In this document: positions 24,980 through 33,052 of the stretch, piece after piece
Layout of the letters: every line of letters begins with the position of its first letter
Numbering within the stretch: the stretch's first letter is position 1
Assembly: GCA_045120465.1 (NCBI GenBank)
Contig: JBGVEW010000071.1
Span: 6,444-70,443, forward strand
Direction of reading: 5' to 3'
Source: Eubacteriales bacterium
Lineage (GTDB): Bacteria; Bacillota; Clostridia; Oscillospirales; CAG-272
Length of the DNA stretch: 64,000 nt
Notes under the pieces: generated by a model
Database searches by the model: none
What the model was told of the DNA's origin: nothing
The model's input: the letters and a program-made list of their open reading frames with translations, nothing else
Translations under genes and position numbers: made by a program

Positions 24980-27742
24980 ATGTCACTCATAACAAAGCTT
25001 TTCGGCACTTACAGCCAACGCCAATTAAAGAAGCTCAAGGTCATTGCCGACCGTGTGGACGCTTTGACCGATACCTATCGCGCAATGAGCAACGCCGAGC
25101 TTCAGGCGATGACTCCCAAGTTCAAGGCGCGGCTTGCGGCAGGCGAAACGACCGACGATATTTTGCCCGATGCGTTTGCGGCAATTCGTGAGGCGGATGA
25201 CCGAGTCCTTGGCAAGCGTCCCTTCCGCGTTCAGGTTCTCGGCGGTATCGTGCTCCATCAGGGGCGCATTGCCGAAATGAAAACGGGTGAGGGGAAAACC
25301 CTTGTTGCAACGCTCCCCGCATATCTCAACGCGCTCACGGGTAACGGTGTGCATATTGTTACGGTCAACGATTATCTGGCGCGGGTCGGTGCCGAGGAAA
25401 TGGGACGCGTATATGAATTTATGGGGCTTTCCACAGGATTGGTCGTTCACGGACAGAGCCCTGAGGAAAAGCGCGCCGCATACGAGGCGGATATTACCTA
25501 TGGAACCAACAATGAGTACGGCTTTGACTATCTGCGTGACAATATGGTCATTTATAAGAGCCAGATGGTACAGCGCGGTCACGCCTTCGCCATCGTGGAC
25601 GAGGTGGACTCCATCCTCATTGATGAAGCACGCACGCCTTTGATTATTTCGGGAGCGGGAGAGACCGCAACCGATCTGTACGAACGCACCGACCGCTTGG
25701 TACGTACCATGCGCAAGTTCGTTATTAAGGAAATGGATACCAAGGCAGATCCCGATACCATCGATGCCGATTATATCGTGGATGAAAAGGCGAACAATGC
25801 CGTTTTGACCTCACAGGGAGCGCGAAAGGCAGAGGCATTTTTTGGTATTGAGAACTTTAACGATGCCGAAAACTCCACCATTTCGCATCACGTTCAGCAA
25901 GCGATCAAGGCGCACGGATGTATGCATCGTGACGTTGATTACGTTGTCAACGAGCACGGCGTTATGATCGTTGATTCCTTTACGGGACGTTTGATGCCCG
26001 GACGCCGCTATTCGGACGGTCTGCACCAAGCGATTGAGGCAAAGGAAGGCGTTAAAGTTCAAAAGGAGAACAAGACGCTGGCAACGATTACCTTCCAAAA
26101 CTATTTCCGTATGTACCGTAAGCTTTCGGGTATGACGGGTACGGCTCTGACCGAGGAAAACGAATTCCGTGAGATCTATAATCTTGACGTGGTGGAGATC
26201 CCCACCAATAAGCCCATGATCCGAGTGGATCGCAACGACGCGGTTTATCGCAGCATGGAGGGCAAGTATCAGGCAATCGTCAAGCAGGTCGTTGAATGTC
26301 ACGAAAAGGGACAACCCGTGCTCGTCGGTACGGTTTCCATCGATAAATCCGAGGCACTTTCCCTCCGACTGAAGCGTGCGGGAATCCCGCATACCGTCCT
26401 CAACGCCAAGTATCACGACCGTGAGGCGGAGATCGTCGCGCAGGCAGGTAAGCTCGGTGCGGTCACCATTTCCACTAACATGGCAGGACGCGGAACCGAT
26501 ATTCTGCTGGGCGGTAACCCCGAATTTATGGCAAAGGCAGAGATGCGTTCGCAAGGAATTTCGGAGGAGGCGATTGCCGCTTGCGCAAGCTTTACCGAAA
26601 GCGAGGACGAGGAAATCGCACAGGCAAAGCGCATCTTCCGTGAATTGGTTCAAAAGTATAAGGCGCAGATCGCACCCGAGGCGAAAAAGGTTTGCGAGGC
26701 GGGAGGTCTCTTTATTCTCGGTACCGAGCGTCACGAAAGCCGACGCATCGACAACCAGCTCCGCGGACGCTCCGGTCGTCAGGGCGACCCGGGGGAATCC
26801 AAATTCTTCCTCTCTATGGAGGACGATCTGATGCGCCTGTTCGGAGCCGACCGTATGCAGGGAGTAATCAATGCGCTCAATATGCCCGAGGATATGCCCA
26901 TCGATGCGCGCATCCTTTCGGGAGCGATCGAAAACGCGCAAAAGCGTATTGAGGATAACAACTTCAAACGCCGCAAGTACGTGTTGGCGTATGACGACGT
27001 GATGAATCAGCAGAGAACCATTATCTACAAGCAACGTCAGGACGTGCTGGATGGGGAGGATATTTCCGAGACCATCCGCAAGATGATCATTTCCTCGGTG
27101 GAGGGAACGATCGAGACCTATCTTCACGGAGAAAGCCCCGAGGATTGGGACATAGACGGCTTGCGCGCGCACTATATGGGACTTTTGACCTCGGAGTCGG
27201 ATTTCCGCTTTGAGGGAGAATTGACCTTTGAGCGTCGTGACGAGATTGGAGACGCGCTCTGCAACCGCGCGTTGGAGATTTACAAGGAAAAGGAAGCACT
27301 CTTTGGCTCCGAGACCTTCCGAGAGGTCGAGCGTGCGATCCTGTTGCGCCACGTTGATACGGCGTGGATGGAACATATCGACGTTATGGACGAATTAAAG
27401 AGCACCGTAGGACTTCAATCCTACGCGCAAAAAAATCCGATCAACGAATACCGTATTGAGGGTGCGGATCTGTTTGACGCGATGGTGGAGGATATCCGAA
27501 GCGGTACGGTGCGTGCGATTCTATCGGTGATGCCTCGTCCGCAGGCCATTCAGCGCGTGCAGGTAGCAAATCCCATTAACGAGGGATTGGCGGGTGAGGG
27601 AAGCACCAAAAAGAAGATCGTGATTCGTCGCGGCGGCTCGACCGTGGTCAAGGACAGTGCCTCGGTTGGCAGAAACGATCCTTGCCCTTGCGGCAGCGGT
27701 AAAAAGTATAAAAACTGCTGCCTGAGAAATCAGAATCAGTAA
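24980..27742 (+). CDS. secA: preprotein translocase ATPase SecA
   Basis: 920 aa. Motifs: MKTGEGKTLVATLP, DEVDSILIDEARTPLIISG, and the C-terminal zinc motif CPCGSGKKYKNCC. Confidence 0.97.
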   Translation: MSLITKLFGTYSQRQLKKLKVIADRVDALTDTYRAMSNAELQAMTPKFKARLAAGETTDDILPDAFAAIREADDRVLGKRPFRVQVLGGIVLHQGRIAEMKTGEGKTLVATLPAYLNALTGNGVHIVTVNDYLARVGAEEMGRVYEFMGLSTGLVVHGQSPEEKRAAYEADITYGTNNEYGFDYLRDNMVIYKSQMVQRGHAFAIVDEVDSILIDEARTPLIISGAGETATDLYERTDRLVRTMRKFVIKEMDTKADPDTIDADYIVDEKANNAVLTSQGARKAEAFFGIENFNDAENSTISHHVQQAIKAHGCMHRDVDYVVNEHGVMIVDSFTGRLMPGRRYSDGLHQAIEAKEGVKVQKENKTLATITFQNYFRMYRKLSGMTGTALTEENEFREIYNLDVVEIPTNKPMIRVDRNDAVYRSMEGKYQAIVKQVVECHEKGQPVLVGTVSIDKSEALSLRLKRAGIPHTVLNAKYHDREAEIVAQAGKLGAVTISTNMAGRGTDILLGGNPEFMAKAEMRSQGISEEAIAACASFTESEDEEIAQAKRIFRELVQKYKAQIAPEAKKVCEAGGLFILGTERHESRRIDNQLRGRSGRQGDPGESKFFLSMEDDLMRLFGADRMQGVINALNMPEDMPIDARILSGAIENAQKRIEDNNFKRRKYVLAYDDVMNQQRTIIYKQRQDVLDGEDISETIRKMIISSVEGTIETYLHGESPEDWDIDGLRAHYMGLLTSESDFRFEGELTFERRDEIGDALCNRALEIYKEKEALFGSETFREVERAILLRHVDTAWMEHIDVMDELKSTVGLQSYAQKNPINEYRIEGADLFDAMVEDIRSGTVRAILSVMPRPQAIQRVQVANPINEGLAGEGSTKKKIVIRRGGSTVVKDSASVGRNDPCPCGSGKKYKNCCLRNQNQ

Positions 27743-27753
27743 CGGAGTTGGTC

Positions 27754-28476
27754 ATGGGATTTGGATACGTATTGATCGGATATCTGGTCACGTTTGTGAT
27801 CTATCTGACCGTTCAGGCACTCAACGTAGGCTCCCTTGCAACGCTTTTGGGGTATGCGCTGATGTGCTACGGACTGTGGGGGCTCAACCGCTACCACGTC
27901 GCCTTTTCCATTGCAAAGTGGGCAGGCGTGGCGCGGCTTTGCCTGGTTCCTTATGCCGTTTTGTCGGATGCTTCTTCCATGTTCCTTTTTGATCTTCCTG
28001 TTTTGGGGGAGACTTGGAGCAACGCAGTGCATCTGTGTGGCTTTTGTCTGGAAATCGTCTTTCTCTTTGCAATGCTTTACGCGATTCGTATGCTGGCGGA
28101 TTCGGTCGAGCTTCCCAAGCTCTCCCGCGCGGCACTCCGGAACACGTTGTTCGTTGGGGCGTATGCCGTTTTGTATCTGGTGTGGTGTCTGCCGTTTGCA
28201 GAGGGGATTCGCCCGTACCTGACCTTTTCGATACAGCTGTTGAACCTCGCGGTCATTTTTCTCAATCTGTTGCTCCTTGTGCAGTGTACCAAAAGTATTT
28301 GCAGCGAGGGAGACGAGGAGGTCACACCCAAACGTTCCCGCTTTGAGTGGATCAACCGAATGGGGGATGCGTACGAGTCGGCACATTCCAAGCTGAACGA
28401 GCAGGCAAAAGCCGACGGTGAGGCGTTTATGCGCCGCCGTCGGGAAAAGAAAAATCAAAAAAAGAAAAAGCATTGA
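27754..28476 (+). CDS. hypothetical polytopic membrane protein with a basic C-terminal tail
   Basis: ATG 27754 has GGAG 6 nt upstream, only 11 nt after the secA stop. About 6 hydrophobic helices. C-terminus RRRREKKNQKKKKH. I recognise no family. Confidence 0.55.
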   Translation: MGFGYVLIGYLVTFVIYLTVQALNVGSLATLLGYALMCYGLWGLNRYHVAFSIAKWAGVARLCLVPYAVLSDASSMFLFDLPVLGETWSNAVHLCGFCLEIVFLFAMLYAIRMLADSVELPKLSRAALRNTLFVGAYAVLYLVWCLPFAEGIRPYLTFSIQLLNLAVIFLNLLLLVQCTKSICSEGDEEVTPKRSRFEWINRMGDAYESAHSKLNEQAKADGEAFMRRRREKKNQKKKKH

Positions 28477-28500
28477 TATTTTTGAAAAGGAGGGAAACAG

Positions 28501-29913
28501 ATGCGTCTTGCAATCAAGCAAAGCATGGGATTGTGGCTTTGTATTCCCGCAATTCTGTTTTTGGCAGAACCGAATATCGGCTTTCGTGATCTGTTTCCCA
28601 ACTGTATCGGGTATCTGTTGCTTTGCGCAGGGCTTTCGCGCGCGGCAGAGATCAACGACTACGTAGCCGATGCCGTTGCGGCTTTCAAAAAAATGGTTTG
28701 GATCAGCGTGGGCGCGATGCTGGCGGAGTATTATTTGCACAACGTCTTGCCAACGGAGGAAAAAGCGCTCAACACCTACGAAAGTCCAACGATGCTGTTG
28801 CTTTTTTCCTTTGTCATGCTGGTTCTCAAGTGTTATTTTTTGTTGCCCGCCTGTCGGGATTTGTTCCAAGGACTTGGGGCGTTTGCCGAGCGTCACGGCG
28901 GAGAAAAGATCTGCGAGGAGCGACACGGCAAAACCATCAGCGAGCGCATGAGTCGATTGACAAGAGTCTTTGTGGTGCTTTTGTCGGTGCTCTCGTTGCT
29001 GCCGGAACTTGCGGTGCTTGGCAGATTTGAATACGAGACGGAAAAAACACACGTGGATTGGTTCCGCTTTGTCGAGCTGTTCCGCACGTTGGCACTTTTC
29101 GCGGCGATCGCGCTTTCGATCTACTGGCTGATCCGTGTGCTTTCCTATATCGTTACGTTTCTCTCGGATCGGTCAATGTGTTGCGCCATAGAGGAACGGT
29201 ACGAGCGTGAAACACGTTGTAACGTTCCCATCAGAGAGTGGCGTCGTTATCGCTTCGCATTTTGGTTTTTAATGCTTGGTGCGGTCTTTTTTCTCTCGAT
29301 CCGTATGGACGACCGTGCAGTTTTGCCAAGCGCGTTTTGCGCATTGTTTGGTGTTATCGGTGTTTTTTGGACGGGTGTATCGGTCAAAACAAGGCATCGC
29401 GTGTGGATTTTGCTCACCGCTCTTTTGTCAGCGGTATGCAGTATTGCGGCGGGGAAGATCAACGATGAATATTTCAGACTTTACCTTTCTGCCGAGGCTT
29501 CTTACTATTCTACCACCGCATACCGATCCTTTTTAGCGGTCAGGATTTCTCAAATTGCCGAGGTTTTTCTGGTACTTCTTTTTTGGTTGACCGTCTTGGT
29601 CTGGCTGTATTCCTTTATCAAGGAAAAAGCGCGTGTGGCGTACAACGTTGAGGACGATCGGATTTCTGCCCGCGCAACCGAAAAAATGCACCGTCGTTTC
29701 CGCTTACGAGTGATTGTAAGTGCCGTATTATTCACCCTTTCCGCCGTCGGACAAGTATTCGAAATTCTTTTGCGCTTGCAATATCCGTGGCTGTGGTGGA
29801 TCTGTGTTCCTATCTCGTTGGCGGCAGTTCTCTCGTTTGTCGCGTTGCTGTTTGCGCTTTCGGATCATCTGGAGGAACAGGCACAAAGCGAAAAACAAAC
29901 GTATAAAGCCTGA
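28501..29913 (+). CDS. hypothetical polytopic membrane protein (470 aa)
   Basis: AAAAGGAGGGAAACAG-ATG. At least 9 hydrophobic helices. I recognise no catalytic motif. Confidence 0.6.
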   Translation: MRLAIKQSMGLWLCIPAILFLAEPNIGFRDLFPNCIGYLLLCAGLSRAAEINDYVADAVAAFKKMVWISVGAMLAEYYLHNVLPTEEKALNTYESPTMLLLFSFVMLVLKCYFLLPACRDLFQGLGAFAERHGGEKICEERHGKTISERMSRLTRVFVVLLSVLSLLPELAVLGRFEYETEKTHVDWFRFVELFRTLALFAAIALSIYWLIRVLSYIVTFLSDRSMCCAIEERYERETRCNVPIREWRRYRFAFWFLMLGAVFFLSIRMDDRAVLPSAFCALFGVIGVFWTGVSVKTRHRVWILLTALLSAVCSIAAGKINDEYFRLYLSAEASYYSTTAYRSFLAVRISQIAEVFLVLLFWLTVLVWLYSFIKEKARVAYNVEDDRISARATEKMHRRFRLRVIVSAVLFTLSAVGQVFEILLRLQYPWLWWICVPISLAAVLSFVALLFALSDHLEEQAQSEKQTYKA

Positions 29914-29931
29914 TTTTTGGCGCATACTGTC

Positions 29932-29952
29932 TTTGTAATTCCAAATTACAAA
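29932..29952 (+). promoter_or_regulatory. perfect AT-rich palindrome or stem-loop abutting the SD of the N/Q mini-ORF
   Basis: TTTGTAATT-cca-AATTACAAA, with 9-bp arms. It is followed immediately by AAGGAG (29953-29958). Confidence 0.45.
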
Positions 29953-29967
29953 AAGGAGTACAAAGCA

Positions 29968-30114
29968 ATGCAGAATAACAATCAGAATAACAATCAGAAC
30001 AACAATCAGAACAAGAATCAACAGAACAACAATCAAAACAAGAACCAGAACAAGAATCAGCAGAACAACAATCAGCAGAACAACAATCAGAATCAGAACA
30101 ACCGTTATCAGTGA
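29968..30114 (+). CDS. 48-aa Asn/Gln-repeat peptide (27 N, 15 Q), function unknown; it may be a leader peptide
   Basis: AAAGGAG lies 9 nt upstream of ATG 29968. Translation: MQNNNQNNNQNNNQNKNQQNNNQNKNQNKNQQNNNQQNNNQNQNNRYQ, ending in a double stop TGA-TAA. It lies in the same orientation inside a tightly packed operon. The track ORF 29917..30114 begins at an upstream TTG with no RBS. Confidence 0.5.
   Translation: MQNNNQNNNQNNNQNKNQQNNNQNKNQNKNQQNNNQQNNNQNQNNRYQ
29971..30102 (+). repeat. imperfect 12-nt tandem repeat (CAGAACAACAAT-like, about 10 units)
   Basis: cagaataacaat cagaataacaat cagaacaacaat cagaacaagaat ... All unit lengths are multiples of 3, so the N/Q frame is maintained. Confidence 0.8.
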
Positions 30115-30120
30115 TAACAG

Positions 30121-30136
30121 CCCTCCCTACGGAGGG
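30121..30136 (+). promoter_or_regulatory. stem-loop with an anti-SD arm between the mini-ORF and the ABC gene
   Basis: CCCTCC-ctac-GGAGGG, 6 nt after the stop codons. CCCTCC is also complementary to the downstream SD AGGAGGG (30151-30157). There is no U-tract, so it is not a classical terminator. Confidence 0.45.
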
Positions 30137-30164
30137 TACATAGCAACAAAAGGAGGGAACGGAT

Positions 30165-32474
30165 ATGCTTGAGATCGATCGGATCCCACGGGAAGTGTTT
30201 TTTGCGTTAGAACAAAAATCAATCGATACGGCAGATCTTTTGCTTGCAGTGCGTGCGGATCGCACGAGGGAGATGCAGGTAGGGGAGGTTTATCTGTTTG
30301 CTACGGAGGAGCAATTGATCCTGCTTTCGGGAATTGTTACCTTGCATCGTACCGAACAACTGCAACGCCACGGAGCACCCGTGTTACATACTTCGTTTTC
30401 CGAAAGTGGCTATGAGGTTTATCCCATTCGTACACTCTCGGCTTTTTCGGTTGAGGAATTGCTCTCCTCGGGGCGGCTGATCGCGCGCCGGGAGAAAGAG
30501 GGAGAGGAACCCTCACCGCTTTTGTTGGCTTCCTTTACCAATTTCTGCAAGGAATCCATGCTGATTTTTTCCAAATACGCAAACAAGCTTGCGGCGGGTG
30601 AGTCCCTCGAAATCGATCCCAAGGATCGCACCGAGGATAAGATCTGTCCCAAGTGCGGGATGCGCTATCCCGATCCCAATCGTAAGATCTGCCCCAAATG
30701 TATGGAGCGCGGTAAGCTCTTTCGACGCTTTTCGGTGTTTTTTTTGAAATATCGCAGATATCTGATCCTGTCCGTTCTGTCTTTGGTTTTGCTCAGCGGA
30801 ATGAGCATCCTGACCCCCTATCTTTCCAGCGGCTTCTTTTATGACGAGGTGATTGACAAAGCGGGACAGTTTGCGGGGCAACTTGTTCTTGTCATTTCGT
30901 TGATTATCCTCACCAATCTTTTTAAAATGCTTGCAACCATGGTCAACAACCTCGTTACGTCCGTGGTTGCCGCCAAGGTCGTATATGACCTCAAAAAGAC
31001 CATTTTCAGCGCGATCGAACGCTTGTCCATCAGCTTTTTCACCGGCAGGCAGACGGGAGGTTTGATGACGCAGGTCAACGAGGATGCCAACACGATCTAT
31101 ACCTTTTTCTGCGATAGTTTGCCCTATCTTTTGATCAATATCGTTCAGGTCATCGTTCTGTCGGTGCTGTTGTTTGTCATTCAACCGATTCTTGCCCTGG
31201 TGTCACTCGTCACCGTTCCGATCTTCTTTCTTTTGATGCGGTATATGGTTCGAAAATTGAGATTGTACCACGCTAAGCGCTATGCGGGCTCGCGCCAGAT
31301 GAACTCCTTTTTGGCAGACGTTCTTTCGGGCATGCGTGTGGTTAAAGCGTTTGCAAGGGAAGAGGAAGAAATCGAACGCTTTGGCGTGCGGAACGACAAT
31401 CTGGCGCAAAGCGAAAAAACGCTCGCGCTCTACACCAACACCGCGTGGCCCTTGGCACACTGGTTGCTTTACGTCGGCAACGTGATTGCATGGGGTGTTG
31501 GCGGCTATATGGCGATCAGCGGTCAGTGGAACATGACCTACGGTCTGCTTTTGACCTTTGTGACCTACGTAGGCATGATTTTCTCTCCATTGGAATTTTT
31601 CGTGAATTTTATCGACCGCGCGGCGGATTGTACCAATTCGTTGCAGCGTTTGTTTGAAATCATGGACGCACAGCCCGAGGTCAGCGAAAAGGAGGATCCC
31701 GTTCGCCCGAACCGTCTCGATGGGCGCGTGGAGTTTGACGGTGTCAGCTTCTCCTATCAAAAAGGGAAAAAGATTATCGACAACGTCAGCTTTGAGATTC
31801 CCGATGGGCATATTCTCGGAATCGTCGGACATACGGGAGCGGGAAAAAGCACGCTTGCCAATCTCATGATGCGTATGTATGATACCGAGGAGGGAGAGAT
31901 CCGCATCGGTGGGTATCCCATCAAGGATCTGGAGCTTTCGGCACTCTACCGCAATATTGCCATCGTATCGCAGGAGACCTACCTGTTTATTGGCACGATC
32001 CTCGATAACATTCGTTACGCGCGTCCGGACGCAAGCTTTGAGGAGGTCGTAGAGGCGGCAAAATGCGCAGGAGCGCATGACTTTATTATGAAGCTTCCGG
32101 ATGCGTATCATACGCGCATCGGATTTGGATATCAGGATCTTTCTGGGGGCGAGAGACAGCGTGTTTCCATCGCAAGAGCGATTTTGAAGGACCCCAAAAT
32201 CTTGATTTTGGACGAAGCGACCGCGGCAATGGATACCGCTACCGAGCGTAAGATCCAGGAGGCACTTTCCTATCTGACACGCGGCAAGACCACGATCATG
32301 ATCGCGCACCGTCTTTCCACCTTGCGTGATGCCGACGAATTGATCGTCATCGAGCGCGGACGGGTTGCGGAGAGAGGTACGCATAAGGAGCTTTTGCAAA
32401 AGAGCGACGGTGTTTATCATAAACTCTTTACCCTGCAAGAAGAAGCGCTGAAGAGCGCGGGAATCAGCGAATAA
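30165..32474 (+). CDS. ABC exporter (TMD-NBD half-transporter) with an N-terminal cytoplasmic extension of about 195 aa ending in a zinc ribbon
   Basis: 769 aa. CPKCGMRYPDPNRKICPKC lies just before TM1. Six TM helices. Walker A GHTGAGKSTL, signature LSGGERQRVSIARA, Walker B ILILDEATAAMD. Confidence 0.85.
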   Translation: MLEIDRIPREVFFALEQKSIDTADLLLAVRADRTREMQVGEVYLFATEEQLILLSGIVTLHRTEQLQRHGAPVLHTSFSESGYEVYPIRTLSAFSVEELLSSGRLIARREKEGEEPSPLLLASFTNFCKESMLIFSKYANKLAAGESLEIDPKDRTEDKICPKCGMRYPDPNRKICPKCMERGKLFRRFSVFFLKYRRYLILSVLSLVLLSGMSILTPYLSSGFFYDEVIDKAGQFAGQLVLVISLIILTNLFKMLATMVNNLVTSVVAAKVVYDLKKTIFSAIERLSISFFTGRQTGGLMTQVNEDANTIYTFFCDSLPYLLINIVQVIVLSVLLFVIQPILALVSLVTVPIFFLLMRYMVRKLRLYHAKRYAGSRQMNSFLADVLSGMRVVKAFAREEEEIERFGVRNDNLAQSEKTLALYTNTAWPLAHWLLYVGNVIAWGVGGYMAISGQWNMTYGLLLTFVTYVGMIFSPLEFFVNFIDRAADCTNSLQRLFEIMDAQPEVSEKEDPVRPNRLDGRVEFDGVSFSYQKGKKIIDNVSFEIPDGHILGIVGHTGAGKSTLANLMMRMYDTEEGEIRIGGYPIKDLELSALYRNIAIVSQETYLFIGTILDNIRYARPDASFEEVVEAAKCAGAHDFIMKLPDAYHTRIGFGYQDLSGGERQRVSIARAILKDPKILILDEATAAMDTATERKIQEALSYLTRGKTTIMIAHRLSTLRDADELIVIERGRVAERGTHKELLQKSDGVYHKLFTLQEEALKSAGISE

Positions 32475-32492
32475 GAAAGGAAGGTCTCACAG

Positions 32493-33038
32493 ATGCAAAA
32501 AAACGGTATCATGGAAGAAAACGGAGCCGAGAAAAAAACACGCACACTGGCGGAATTGTCGGTCACGGTTTGGCTCACACCCGAAAACGCGAGCTTTTCC
32601 TTCCAAAATAACTTTTTGTATATCAAATACGGAGAGATCGAGACGCGTGCCTTTCTCTGCCGACAGTTCCCGTTTGAATTGCAATGGGAATTTATTTCGG
32701 TGATGAATGAAGACAGCGAGGAGATCGGAATCATCCGCGACGTATCTTTGTTTGAGGGAGAGGCGGGGGCGATGCTCAAAAACGAGCTTGAACGTCGCTA
32801 TTATGCGCCGGTGATCAAACAGATCTTAAACGTTAAGGAACGTTACGGCTTTTCCTATTGGAAGGTACATACGGGTGAGGGCGAGGTCAATTTTACCCTG
32901 CGCGACACCTATCGCAGCATTATTCATGCGGGCGGCAACCGTATTTTGCTCTTGGACGTCAACGGCAACCGCTTTGAAATTCCCGACACGTCTTTGCTCG
33001 ATCGCAAAAGCTACAAAAAGATCGAGCTGTATCTGTAA
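32493..33038 (+). CDS. DUF1854-like protein (family assigned from memory, uncharacterised)
   Basis: 181 aa, soluble. It sits between the two ABC genes, with gaps of 18 and 14 nt. The C-terminal ..LLLDVNGNRFEIPDTSLLDRKSYKKIELYL resembles what I remember of DUF1854/PF08909. Confidence 0.55.
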   Translation: MQKNGIMEENGAEKKTRTLAELSVTVWLTPENASFSFQNNFLYIKYGEIETRAFLCRQFPFELQWEFISVMNEDSEEIGIIRDVSLFEGEAGAMLKNELERRYYAPVIKQILNVKERYGFSYWKVHTGEGEVNFTLRDTYRSIIHAGGNRILLLDVNGNRFEIPDTSLLDRKSYKKIELYL

Positions 33039-33052
33039 GGGGGCGCGACGGT

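Noticed and set aside
25811-27376. 521-aa minus-strand ORF
   Set aside because: It is antisense to secA and has no motifs. It is a shadow ORF.
27736-29052. 438-aa minus-strand ORF
   Set aside because: It is antisense to the two plus-strand membrane protein genes, which have strong RBSs and coherent TM-helix patterns. Its product is basic and low-complexity.
29968-30114. N/Q peptide as a classical bacteriocin or RiPP precursor
   Set aside because: It has no double-glycine or other recognisable leader, no Cys/Ser/Thr core residues and no modification enzyme genes. No C39 peptidase domain is present on the adjacent ABC proteins. It is kept as an unknown mini-ORF instead.
29728-30265. Minus-strand ORFs giving IVVLLILVLIV... 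and DCCSADCCSADSCSGS... peptides
   Set aside because: They are other-frame readings of the 12-nt tandem repeat. They have no RBS and run against the operon direction. They are artefacts of the repeat.
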